NCBI GenBank assembly: GCA_963714625.1
Contig: CAVQOY010000014.1
Span: 92,411 to 156,410, forward strand
Reading direction: 5' to 3'
DNA length: 64,000 bases
Source: an uncultured Actinomycetota bacterium
GTDB taxonomy: Bacteria > Actinomycetota > Actinomycetes > Propionibacteriales > Nocardioidaceae
Under the pieces are notes generated by a model that had not been told where the DNA came from, made no database searches, and worked only from the letters and a program-made list of their open reading frames with translations. Shown piece after piece: positions 1 through 8,229 of the stretch. Within the stretch, counting starts at the first letter, position 1. Every line of letters begins with the position of its first letter. The translations under genes and the position numbers were made by a program.

Positions 1-1
1 G

Positions 2-976
2 CGGCTGACGCAGGAGGCGTACGCCGACTGGACCGCCCTCGAGCGCGCCTCGGGCGAGCAGCTGGTGACGGTGGTGGGCGGGCTCGACCTCTTCCCGCCG
101 GACCCGGCGATCCCCGCGGCCGACTACGTGGACTCGCTGACCGCGGTCGGCATCGCGCACGACGTGCTGGGCGTCGACGACGTCCGCGAGCGCTGGCCGC
201 AGCTGCACCTGCCGGAGGGCACGCTCGTGCTGCACCAGCGCGACGCGGCGATCGTGCCGGCCGGTCGGGGCACGCGGATCCTGCAGGACCTCGCCCGGCA
301 GGAGGGCGCAGTGCTGCGCGACGCCAGCCCCGTGCGCGCCGTACGCGCGACGACGTCCGGTGTGGAGCTCGAGACACCCGCCGGCCGGGTGTCGGCGGGC
401 GGCCTCGTGGTCTGCGCCGACGCCTGGACCAACGACGTGATCCATCCGCTGGGTCGCCGGCTGCCGCTCGACGTCACCCTCGAGCAGGTCACCTACTTCG
501 CCCCGCCCGACCCCGAGCCGTTCCGACCGGGGCGGCTGCCGCTGTGGATCTGGATGGACGACCCCTGCTTCTACGGCTTCCCCACCTTCGGAGAGGACAC
601 CGTCAAGGCCGCCCACGACTGCGGCGGACCGCCGGCCGACCCGGAGGACCGGACCGACGAGGAGGACCCGGCGATGCGCGACCAGCTCGCCGCGCACCTC
701 GCGGCGATGCTGCCGGGCAGCGGTCGTCCGGTCCGCTCGGTGCGCTGCCAGTACACCCTCACCCCGGACCGTGACTTCGTGATGGCGGCGCTGCCGGAGC
801 ACCCCCAGGTCGTGGTCGGCCTGGGGGCGGCGCACGGGTTCAAGTTCACCCCCACCTTCGGCCGGGTGCTGGCCGACCTCGTCACCGAGGGGCGTACGAC
901 GAGCGACGTCTCGGCCTACGGGCTCGACCGCCCAGGGCTCACCGACCCGGCGTACCGCCCGCACTGGCTGATCTGA
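2..976 (+). CDS. FAD-dependent oxidoreductase, monomeric sarcosine oxidase / N-methyltryptophan oxidase family (5' end outside window)
   Basis: The reading frame is open from the window edge; the listed ORF 65..976 begins at an internal GTG. The C-terminal half matches the MSOX family, including RCQYTLTPDRDF (covalent-FAD Cys region) and GAAHGFKF. Confidence 0.8.
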   Translation, partial: RLTQEAYADWTALERASGEQLVTVVGGLDLFPPDPAIPAADYVDSLTAVGIAHDVLGVDDVRERWPQLHLPEGTLVLHQRDAAIVPAGRGTRILQDLARQEGAVLRDASPVRAVRATTSGVELETPAGRVSAGGLVVCADAWTNDVIHPLGRRLPLDVTLEQVTYFAPPDPEPFRPGRLPLWIWMDDPCFYGFPTFGEDTVKAAHDCGGPPADPEDRTDEEDPAMRDQLAAHLAAMLPGSGRPVRSVRCQYTLTPDRDFVMAALPEHPQVVVGLGAAHGFKFTPTFGRVLADLVTEGRTTSDVSAYGLDRPGLTDPAYRPHWLI

Positions 977-982
977 TCCCGG

Positions 983-1021
983 GCCGATCCGCGCCGGGAC
1001 GACCCCGGCGGCGGATCGGGC
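983..1021. terminator. GC-rich imperfect hairpin between convergent genes (possible bidirectional terminator)
   Basis: GCCGATCCGCGCCGGG-acga-CCCCGGCGGCGGATCGGGC gives about 14 bp of stem with two bulges. It lies between the stop at 976 and the stop at 1022. There is no clear T tract. Confidence 0.4.
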
Positions 1022-1780
1022 TCAGCCCGCCCAGTCGTCGGACAGCCCCAGCTCGCCTGCGAGCGCGGAGGCCGCCCACGCCCTCACCTGGGCGCGGGTG
1101 ACCGTGCGGTTGACGAGCGAGGCGACCGAGAGGCCGTCGAGCAGGGCCCCGATGCGCACCACCGTGCCCTCGGGATCGGCACAGGTGAAGGAGCCGTCGG
1201 CGACACCCTCGCGGATGATCTCGCCGAAGGTGTCGCGCCACCGCTTGTCGAGTCGGCGCAGCACCGTGCGGATGCCGGCGTCGCGCTGGGCCAGCGCCCA
1301 CCCGTCGATCCACAGCTTCCAGCCGATGGCGTTGCCGGTGGGACCGTAGCCCCGCACCATCGCGCGCAGCCGCTCGGTCGCCGTACGGCCCCGGGCGGCG
1401 GCCCGGTCGACGCGTTCGAGGTCCTGGTCGACCGCGTAGGCGAAGGCCTCGGCGAGCAGGTCGTCCTTGGTGCCGAAGTGGTAGAAGATCAGCGCCGAGC
1501 TGACCTTGAGGGCGGTCGCCACGTCTCCGACCCGGGTCTGGGCCAGGCCGACGGTCGCGATCTGCGTCACAGTCGCCGCGAGGATCTCCTCCCGACGCAG
1601 GTCGACCCGGCGCCGGCTGCCCGCCCGTGACGGCGGGGTCGACGGCGGGGTCGGGGAGTGCGCCGTCGTCGGGCTGGACGTCCGACCGACCGGGGAAGCT
1701 CCCGCTCCACCTGGGGATTCGTCGTCCGACGCGCCGCCCGGCCGCGCGGCTCGAGCCGGCTGGGTCCTCTGTCTGCTCAT
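1022..1780 (-). CDS. TetR family transcriptional regulator
   Basis: HTH block TRVGDVATALKVSSALIFYHFGTKDDLL. Start chosen at MSRQRT (ATG 1780) inside the listed ORF 1022..1834. Divergent from an MFS gene. Confidence 0.85.
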   Translation of the reverse strand: MSRQRTQPARAARPGGASDDESPGGAGASPVGRTSSPTTAHSPTPPSTPPSRAGSRRRVDLRREEILAATVTQIATVGLAQTRVGDVATALKVSSALIFYHFGTKDDLLAEAFAYAVDQDLERVDRAAARGRTATERLRAMVRGYGPTGNAIGWKLWIDGWALAQRDAGIRTVLRRLDKRWRDTFGEIIREGVADGSFTCADPEGTVVRIGALLDGLSVASLVNRTVTRAQVRAWAASALAGELGLSDDWAG

Positions 1781-1792
1781 GTCCGATCCCCC

Positions 1793-1850
1793 TGTCAGTG
1801 TCCCGTCACTGTCCTGCCGGTGAACTCCCGGCACACGCTCGGTGTGTCGG
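1793..1850. promoter_or_regulatory. Candidate TetR operator(s) in the divergent promoter region
   Basis: Adjacent direct repeats TGTCAGTGTCC / CGTCACTGTCC (1793-1814). Inverted repeat CCGGCACAC-gctcg-GTGTGTCGG (1828-1850, 8/9 bp). Both lie between the tetR start (1780) and the MFS start (1914). Confidence 0.35.
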
Positions 1851-1913
1851 CACCCGCGGCCACCGTACGACTCGCGGGCACGGAGGCGTCACGGCAGGCC
1901 TGACAATGGATGC

Positions 1914-3146
1914 ATGACGACCGTCCCCACCACCGACAGCACCGACGTCCGCCCGCCCCGTCTCTCGACGGCGCAGCTGACCGCGGCGATGCTGGCTCTG
2001 GCGACGGGCAGCTTCACCATCGGTACGACGGAGTTCGTGACGATGGGACTGCTGCCGGAGGTGGCCGAGGGGGTCGGGGTGTCCATCCCGACCGCGGGCC
2101 ACGTCATCTCCGCCTACGCGCTCGGCGTCGTCGTGGGTGCTCCGGTCATCGCCTTCCTGGGCGCGCGGGCGCCGCGCCGTGCCCTGCTCATCGGTCTCAT
2201 GGCGGCCTACACCCTGGCCAACGCCCTCACGGCGATCGCGGTCTCCTTCGAGCTGGTGACCGCCTCCCGCTTCCTCGCCGGCCTTCCGCACGGCGCCTTC
2301 TTCGGCGTCGCCTCGCTGGTGGCCGCCGACCTCGCGGCGCCGGAGAAGCGGGGGCGCGCCGTGGCGCAGGTGATGCTGGGCCTGTCCGTGGCCAACGTGG
2401 TCGGCGTTCCGGCGGCGACCTGGATGGGCCAGCACCTCGGGTGGCGCTCGGCCTTCTGGGCGGTCGTGGTGCTGAGCACCCTCACGATGGGGCTGATCCG
2501 GCTCCTCGTGCCGAGCTCGCCGGGCCGACCCGAGGCCACCGGGATGCGCGAGCTGAAGGCCTTCGCCAGCGCTCAGGTCTGGCTGACCCTGCTGGCCGGG
2601 GCGATCGGGTTCGGCGGCATGTTCGCGGTCTACACCTACATCGCTCCCACCGTCACCGAGGTCGGCGGCCTGGGCAAGGGTGCCATCCCGGTGTTCCTGA
2701 TGGCCTTCGGGCTCGGCATGGTGGTCGGCACCTGGCTGGCCGGGGTGCTGGCGGACTGGTCGGTCTTCCGCTCCCTGCTCGGCTCGTCGCTGGGCATGGG
2801 CGTGGCCCTGCTGCTCTTCGCCCTGGTCATCCCGGGAGGCTGGTGGGCCCTCCCCGTCGCCTTCGCGATCCCGGTGCTCGGCTCGGTCGTGGTGGTCAAC
2901 CTGCAGCTGCGGCTGATGGATGTCGCGGGCGACGCGCAGACCGTGGGAGCCGCGATGAACCACGCCTCGCTCAACGTCGCCAACGCCCTGGGAGCCTGGC
3001 TCGGCGGGATCGTGATCGCTGCCGGCTGGGGCTACCGCGCCCCCGCCGTGGTGGGCGCCGGGCTGTGCCTGCTCGGCTTCTTCTTCATCGTCGGCTCGGC
3101 GCTGCTGCACCGCCGCGACGAGCAGGGCGCGGCCACGCGGGGCTGA
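1914..3146 (+). CDS. MFS transporter (DHA1-like, 12 TM)
   Basis: Hydrophobic 12-helix pattern. Start chosen at MTTVPTT (ATG 1914) inside ORF 1842..3146. Paired with a divergent TetR. Confidence 0.85.
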   Translation: MTTVPTTDSTDVRPPRLSTAQLTAAMLALATGSFTIGTTEFVTMGLLPEVAEGVGVSIPTAGHVISAYALGVVVGAPVIAFLGARAPRRALLIGLMAAYTLANALTAIAVSFELVTASRFLAGLPHGAFFGVASLVAADLAAPEKRGRAVAQVMLGLSVANVVGVPAATWMGQHLGWRSAFWAVVVLSTLTMGLIRLLVPSSPGRPEATGMRELKAFASAQVWLTLLAGAIGFGGMFAVYTYIAPTVTEVGGLGKGAIPVFLMAFGLGMVVGTWLAGVLADWSVFRSLLGSSLGMGVALLLFALVIPGGWWALPVAFAIPVLGSVVVVNLQLRLMDVAGDAQTVGAAMNHASLNVANALGAWLGGIVIAAGWGYRAPAVVGAGLCLLGFFFIVGSALLHRRDEQGAATRG

Positions 3147-3259
3147 CGTTCCGGCCGGTGCCTGGTGGGCCGGGCGCGGGCCCGACGAGGTCGCCACCTC
3201 GGGGCGCGGAGGGGCGAAGGTCCCTTCTGCCACCGCCCGGGCCGTCGTACCTTCGGCCG

Positions 3260-3949
3260 ATGGACCTCCGTGTGCCGGCCCGAGCACAGGCCCGTGCGGC
3301 AGCGTGCGCGGTGGCGCTGGCGGGGTCCGTGCTCGTGACGGGTGCCGCGGCGGCACCGGTCACGTCGGTGACCGACCTGCGGCTGAGTCGCGCCCAGGCC
3401 ATCACGGGCGAGAGCGTGGACCTGCGTGTCTCGGTCTCGCCGGGCGTCCCACGCGTCGTGGTCCTCCAGCGGCGCGCCGGGGGCCGCTGGGTCGAGGTGG
3501 CCCGGGGGGTCACCGACGACACGGGGGTCGAGATCTTCGATCGGGCGACCCCACGAGCGAGCACGACGTACCGGGTGCGCGCCCCGCGCCTCGTCCGGGG
3601 CGGAACGACGTACACCGCGGACGTGTCGCCGGCCCGGACCCTGACGGTGCAGCAGCAGAAGGCGTTCCTCCGGATGCCGGACACCGTCGCCGCCGGCTCC
3701 GAGACCTGGGCGTTCGTCGAGTGCTTCCCGCACCGACCCGGGCGCGCGGTGGAGCTGCGACAGCGCTCCGAGGACGGCGCCTGGCAGACCGTCGCCCACG
3801 GCGTCCAGAACGAACGCGGGATGCTCACGCTCGACGTGACCGCGCCGGACCAGGGTGTCTACGAGCACCGCGCCGTCGTCCAGGCGGCGAAGGGCGCTTC
3901 CGCCGTCCGTTCGACGGCGCGCACCCAGACGGTGACCGCCGCACCCTGA
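3260..3949 (+). CDS. Secreted hypothetical protein with two Ig-like repeats
   Basis: ATG 3260 lies in the frame of ORF 1910..3949. Signal peptide MDLRVPARAQARAAACAVALAGSVLVTGAAA. Two similar roughly 90-aa repeats (..VLQRRAGGRWVEV.. / ..VELRQRSEDGAWQTV..). Confidence 0.6.
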   Translation: MDLRVPARAQARAAACAVALAGSVLVTGAAAAPVTSVTDLRLSRAQAITGESVDLRVSVSPGVPRVVVLQRRAGGRWVEVARGVTDDTGVEIFDRATPRASTTYRVRAPRLVRGGTTYTADVSPARTLTVQQQKAFLRMPDTVAAGSETWAFVECFPHRPGRAVELRQRSEDGAWQTVAHGVQNERGMLTLDVTAPDQGVYEHRAVVQAAKGASAVRSTARTQTVTAAP

Positions 3950-4107
3950 GGTCCCGACGCGGCGTCACGACGTTCGCGTGGAGAACGTGCTCCAGTCGCT
4001 CGGAAGGTAGTCGCCGAAGGTCAGGGGCCGCTCGAGCAGGGCGACGACGTCCGTAGCCCGCGGGTCCTCGCGCGGGACGGTCGCCTTCGCGGCCTTCTCT
4101 CCCGGCC

Positions 4108-6048
4108 TCACCGGGGCAGCGTCTCGTGCCAGGTGCGGTGCGCGACCTGCTCCTCGCCGAACCCGTCGTCGTCGTACGCCGTGGCCTCCACCCGGACGTC
4201 ATAGGAATTGGCCGTCACCACGACCGACAACGATGACGTCAGCCGGACGGCGACGCCCGGCCAGCTGAGCCGGAAGGTCGTCTCGGCCTCGGCCCGCTGC
4301 TCGCACGTCCGCCGGTCCACGCTGACCGAGCCGGCGTAGGACTCCGAGGCGCTGCCGTCGTGGGGGATCTCGTAGGTCGACTCGCTGAGGACCTCGGCCG
4401 TGGTGGTGCGCCTCAGCACGTCGTCGGTGACCCTCCAGGTCACCCCGGCCGGGTCCTCGCTGCTGCGCGCCTCCCCGGGCACGAAACCGGTGTCCGGCTC
4501 GACGGTCCCCTTCCACAGCGGCAGCTCCAGCGTGCCGTCCGCGACGGTGAGCGTGACGGGCGCCGGAGGAGCGATGGTGTTGGGCCAGTCGGCACCGGCG
4601 ACCGAGAGCCGCAGCGTGTGTCCCGCGTCGACCCGGTAGGCGCAGGCGTCGAGCTCGACCGAGACGTCGTAGGTGTCTCCGGGCGTGAGGGGCACGGCGG
4701 GGCCGTGGACGCCGTCGCGGAAGCGGAGGTCGAGCGTCCCGCGGGCGATCAAGGCTGAGGTGCCGTCCGGGAAGACGTCGCAGAGCTTCACCGAGACCGA
4801 GGCCTCGGGTGCGTCGGACGCGACCCGGAGCCGCACTCGCGGCTGCCCCACGACGGGCAGCTCGGGGGCGGGGAAGCTCCACGTCATCGAGCGGGCGTCG
4901 TCGAGCCGCTGGTCGCTCGACTGCCCCCAGGGCAGGTGGCCGGCGCAGTCGATCCAGGCGGCGGTGCCCACCGAGGGGTCGACCGCGAGTCGGTGGGGGC
5001 CCGCCAGGGCGTATGTCGTGGGGCCGGTGTGCGCCGACGGCCAGCGGTCGCGGATCCAGAACCCGGCGTGCCGGTCGAGGTCGGGCTCGGGGCGCGTGGA
5101 CGTGCGGACGAACACGTCGATGACGTCGCGGTGCCCCTCTCCCTCGCGGCGCAGCCAGGTGTCGAAGAAGTCCGCCATCTCCACGTCGAGGTCGATGCGC
5201 GGTCCGGGCATCGCGGTGGTCGGGGCGGCGTGCGCCCAGGGGCCGGCGAGCAGGCGGTACGGCGTTTCGGCGGCGTCGAGGGCAGCGACCGTCCGGAAGG
5301 AGCTGTTGCGGTAGCCGTCGGCCCAACCGGCCACGATCATGGTGGCGGCCTCGATGCGCTCGTAGCCGGCGAACGTGCCGGTCGCGCCGGCGTCGCGCAC
5401 GGACCCGTGACGCCAGTAGGCGCCGTCCCGATTCTCCCGCAGCCACGTCAGCAGCCACGGCTCCTGGGTGTCGAGCCGCCGCTGCCACTCCTCGCGCCAC
5501 CCGTCGCCGTACACCGCAGGCACGGGCGGCAGCATCGTCATCGGCGTCATGTAGTGGCAGTAGTCGACGAGGTCGACCAGGCGCAACGCGCCGCCGCGCC
5601 AGTGGACGTCGTCGGTCCAGCGGTCGTCGGTGGCGTAGATCGCGCAGATCGCCTTCAGGGCGGGAGGCTGCTCGCAAGCCATCTGCAGCGAGTTGAAGCC
5701 GGAGTAGGAGGTGCCGAACATCCCGACCGCCCCGTTGCACCACGGCTGCGAGGCCAGCCAGGCGATCACCTCGTGGAGGTCGCGCTGCTCGGCCGGCGGG
5801 TACTCGTCGGTCGCGTCACCCTGGCTCGAACCGGTGCCGCGCAGGTCGACCCGACAGACGGCGAAGCCGAACTCGTCACGCAGCCGCTCGTAGGTCTCGG
5901 TGTACGACGACGTCAGGTCGTCCTTGCGGTAGGGCAGCGCCTCGACGAGGCAGGGCTGCGGCTCCGGCCGGTCGGGCAGGTGCAGGGTGAGGGCCAGGTC
6001 GGTGCCGTCGGCCATCGTCAGGCGCAGGTCCTGCGCGGTGCCGCTCAT
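4108..6048 (-). CDS. CocE/NonD family hydrolase (X-Pro dipeptidyl-peptidase S15 family)
   Basis: N-terminal alpha/beta fold with LPYRKDD and nucleophile elbow GTSYSG, plus a C-terminal jelly-roll domain. Start MSGTAQD (ATG 6048) overlaps the upstream stop (ATGA). Confidence 0.85.
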   Translation of the reverse strand: MSGTAQDLRLTMADGTDLALTLHLPDRPEPQPCLVEALPYRKDDLTSSYTETYERLRDEFGFAVCRVDLRGTGSSQGDATDEYPPAEQRDLHEVIAWLASQPWCNGAVGMFGTSYSGFNSLQMACEQPPALKAICAIYATDDRWTDDVHWRGGALRLVDLVDYCHYMTPMTMLPPVPAVYGDGWREEWQRRLDTQEPWLLTWLRENRDGAYWRHGSVRDAGATGTFAGYERIEAATMIVAGWADGYRNSSFRTVAALDAAETPYRLLAGPWAHAAPTTAMPGPRIDLDVEMADFFDTWLRREGEGHRDVIDVFVRTSTRPEPDLDRHAGFWIRDRWPSAHTGPTTYALAGPHRLAVDPSVGTAAWIDCAGHLPWGQSSDQRLDDARSMTWSFPAPELPVVGQPRVRLRVASDAPEASVSVKLCDVFPDGTSALIARGTLDLRFRDGVHGPAVPLTPGDTYDVSVELDACAYRVDAGHTLRLSVAGADWPNTIAPPAPVTLTVADGTLELPLWKGTVEPDTGFVPGEARSSEDPAGVTWRVTDDVLRRTTTAEVLSESTYEIPHDGSASESYAGSVSVDRRTCEQRAEAETTFRLSWPGVAVRLTSSLSVVVTANSYDVRVEATAYDDDGFGEEQVAHRTWHETLPR

Positions 6049-7133
6049 CGGCGGCCGGCCAGGTGCTCGCGGACCAGCTCCGGGTCGAGACCCTCGCTGA
6101 CGTGCCCGTCGCGGCCCACGGTGGTGGACGAGGCGAGCATCGAGTCGAGGACAGCCTCCTCGGATGCCTCGACGACCGCCTCGAACAGCGCGTCGAGACC
6201 GCGGCCCGCCACCCGGGCTCCGGGCGGTGCCGTCCCGTCGCGGTCGGTGCGACATGTTGTCGACACGGCAAGAAAGATCTCACCGCTGCCGTGGTGGGCG
6301 ACCGACCCGGTGCGAGCCAGGCCGAGGCCCACACGGCGGGCCAGGCGCGCGCAGCCGGCGGCGTCCACGGGGGCGTCGGTGACGACGATCCCGATGCACG
6401 ACCCGGCCGGCTGGGGCGGGCTCGAGCCCGGGGCCGGTCCGGCGAGCCGTCGGCCGAGAGGGGTCCCGGCCACGACGAGCTGCTCGCGCACACCGAAGTT
6501 GGTCAGCAGCAGCACCGCCACGGTGTGCGACGCGCCCGTCGAGAGCACCCTGCGCGAGGCCGTACCGATCCCGCCCTTGAACCCCAGGCACGACATCCCG
6601 GTGCCGGCACCTACCGACCCCTCGTCGGGCGGACTCGTCGACCCGCGCGACGCCAGCGCGTCGGCGTGCGCGGACCGTACGTCGTCGGCAGTCACCTGCA
6701 TGCGGCGGCAGTCGTTGAGGAACGAGTCGTCACACTCCGCGACCACCGGGATGACCACGTCGTCGGCCACGCCGGCGTCGTGCTCGAGCGCCAGCTCGCA
6801 GGCGGCGTCGTACACCCGGCCGAGCTGCATCGTGGAGGTGAGGAAGACCGGCGACTCGACGGCGCCCCACTCGCCCGCGCTGAGGAAGCCGGTGCACTCG
6901 CCGGCGCCGTTGAGCACGGACCCGCCGGCCGCCAGCGGGCGGCGGTAGGCGTCATCGGCGAGCAGCAGCACGCTGACGCCGGTGCGTGCGAGGCCCCTGC
7001 CCGCGGGCGGAGCAGGCTCGTCGCGGACCACGGTCGCGTGGCCGAGCCCGACCCCCGGGACGTCGAGCACGGAGTTGGTGGGCCCGGTGGGCAGCGCCCC
7101 GATCTCGATCCCGATGTCCCGCGCGCGCACCAC
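6045..7133 (-). CDS. P1 family peptidase (DmpA / S58 L-aminopeptidase-D-esterase-like)
   Basis: Full-length similarity pattern to the DmpA/P1 family (GxGTGMSCLGFKGGIGTAS autoprocessing region, IGIVVTDAP). Confidence 0.85.
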   Translation of the reverse strand: MVRARDIGIEIGALPTGPTNSVLDVPGVGLGHATVVRDEPAPPAGRGLARTGVSVLLLADDAYRRPLAAGGSVLNGAGECTGFLSAGEWGAVESPVFLTSTMQLGRVYDAACELALEHDAGVADDVVIPVVAECDDSFLNDCRRMQVTADDVRSAHADALASRGSTSPPDEGSVGAGTGMSCLGFKGGIGTASRRVLSTGASHTVAVLLLTNFGVREQLVVAGTPLGRRLAGPAPGSSPPQPAGSCIGIVVTDAPVDAAGCARLARRVGLGLARTGSVAHHGSGEIFLAVSTTCRTDRDGTAPPGARVAGRGLDALFEAVVEASEEAVLDSMLASSTTVGRDGHVSEGLDPELVREHLAGRR

Positions 7134-7165
7134 CGGACCATCCTGGCCTACCGGGTGCCCGCGGG

Positions 7166-8089
7166 CTAGTTCTCGAGGAAGTCGAGCAACGCCTGGTTGA
7201 ACTCCTTCGCGTGGCTGACGTTGCAGCCGTGCGGCGCTCCCTGGAGGACGACGAGCTCGCTGCCCTCGATCGCCTCGTGGGTGCGCTTGCCGGAGCCCTC
7301 GAACGGGACGATGCCGTCGCTGTCACCGTGGATGACCAGCGTCGGCACGTCGACCTTCGTGAGGTCGTCGCGGAAGTCTGTGGTCGCCCAGGCCCTCATG
7401 CAGCCGAGGGCCGCCTCCTCGTCGGACTTCCTGCACAGTGCCAGCGCCTCCTCCCGCTGCTCGTCGCTGACCTTGAGGTCGCCCCCGGCGCTGAAGAAGT
7501 CGGTCGTGAAGCCGTCGAAGAACCCGTCCCGGTCCGACTCGAGGCCCTCGCGGAACTCGGTGGCCGCGTCGTCGGTCAGCGGTCCGTCCTCGTTGTCGTC
7601 GCTCTTCTTCAGGTACGGCGGCACCGCGGCCGCGAACACCACGCTGTGCAGGTTGTCGGTGCCGTGCTTCGAGGCGTAGCGGGCCACCTCGCCGCCACCC
7701 ATCGAGAAGCCGACGAGCGTGACGTCGGAGAGCTCGAGGCTGGTGATGACGTTGTGGAGGTCGTCGGTGAGGCGGTCGTAGTCGTAGCCGTCACCCGGGT
7801 CGGACTGCCCGAAGCCGCGACGGTCGTAGGCCACCACGCGGTAGCCGGCGTCGCGCAGCACCGGGATCTGCTCCGACCACGAGTCGCTGGACAGGGGCCA
7901 GCCGTGGATGAGCACGACCGGGCGTCCGTCGCCGGCGGTGTCGCGGACGTACAGGTCGTTGTCGTCGCTGCTGCTCTCGTCGGACCCGGTGCTCTCGTCG
8001 GACCCGGTGCTCTCGTCGGACCCGGTGCTCTCGTCGGACCCGGTGTCCTCGACGTCGTCCGTGCTCTCGTTGCTCGAGTCGTCAGCCAT
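7166..8089 (-). CDS. Alpha/beta hydrolase (non-haem haloperoxidase / arylesterase-like) with an acidic repetitive N-terminal extension
   Basis: HGWP oxyanion region, GFSMGG nucleophile elbow, HGDSD and APHG blocks. The N-terminal roughly 45 aa are D/E/S/T-rich with TGSDES x4. Confidence 0.85.
   Translation of the reverse strand: MADDSSNESTDDVEDTGSDESTGSDESTGSDESTGSDESSSDDNDLYVRDTAGDGRPVVLIHGWPLSSDSWSEQIPVLRDAGYRVVAYDRRGFGQSDPGDGYDYDRLTDDLHNVITSLELSDVTLVGFSMGGGEVARYASKHGTDNLHSVVFAAAVPPYLKKSDDNEDGPLTDDAATEFREGLESDRDGFFDGFTTDFFSAGGDLKVSDEQREEALALCRKSDEEAALGCMRAWATTDFRDDLTKVDVPTLVIHGDSDGIVPFEGSGKRTHEAIEGSELVVLQGAPHGCNVSHAKEFNQALLDFLEN
7973..8044. repeat. Perfect 18-bp tandem repeat x4 inside the hydrolase gene
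   Basis: GCTCTCGTCGGACCCGGT repeated four times without mismatch. It encodes (S)TGSDE repeats on the minus strand. Confidence 0.95.
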
Positions 8090-8229
8090 GCGGTGCTCCC
8101 TGTGCGGTGGGGCCCGGGTGCCGGTCGGCGACCCGGAGGCCGGCCGAGCTCACCCGAGTCGGGCTCGTGGTCCCGGTCCAGCGCCGAGTACGTCGTACCC
8201 GTCCTTGTGACCGCCGACACACTCCCATG

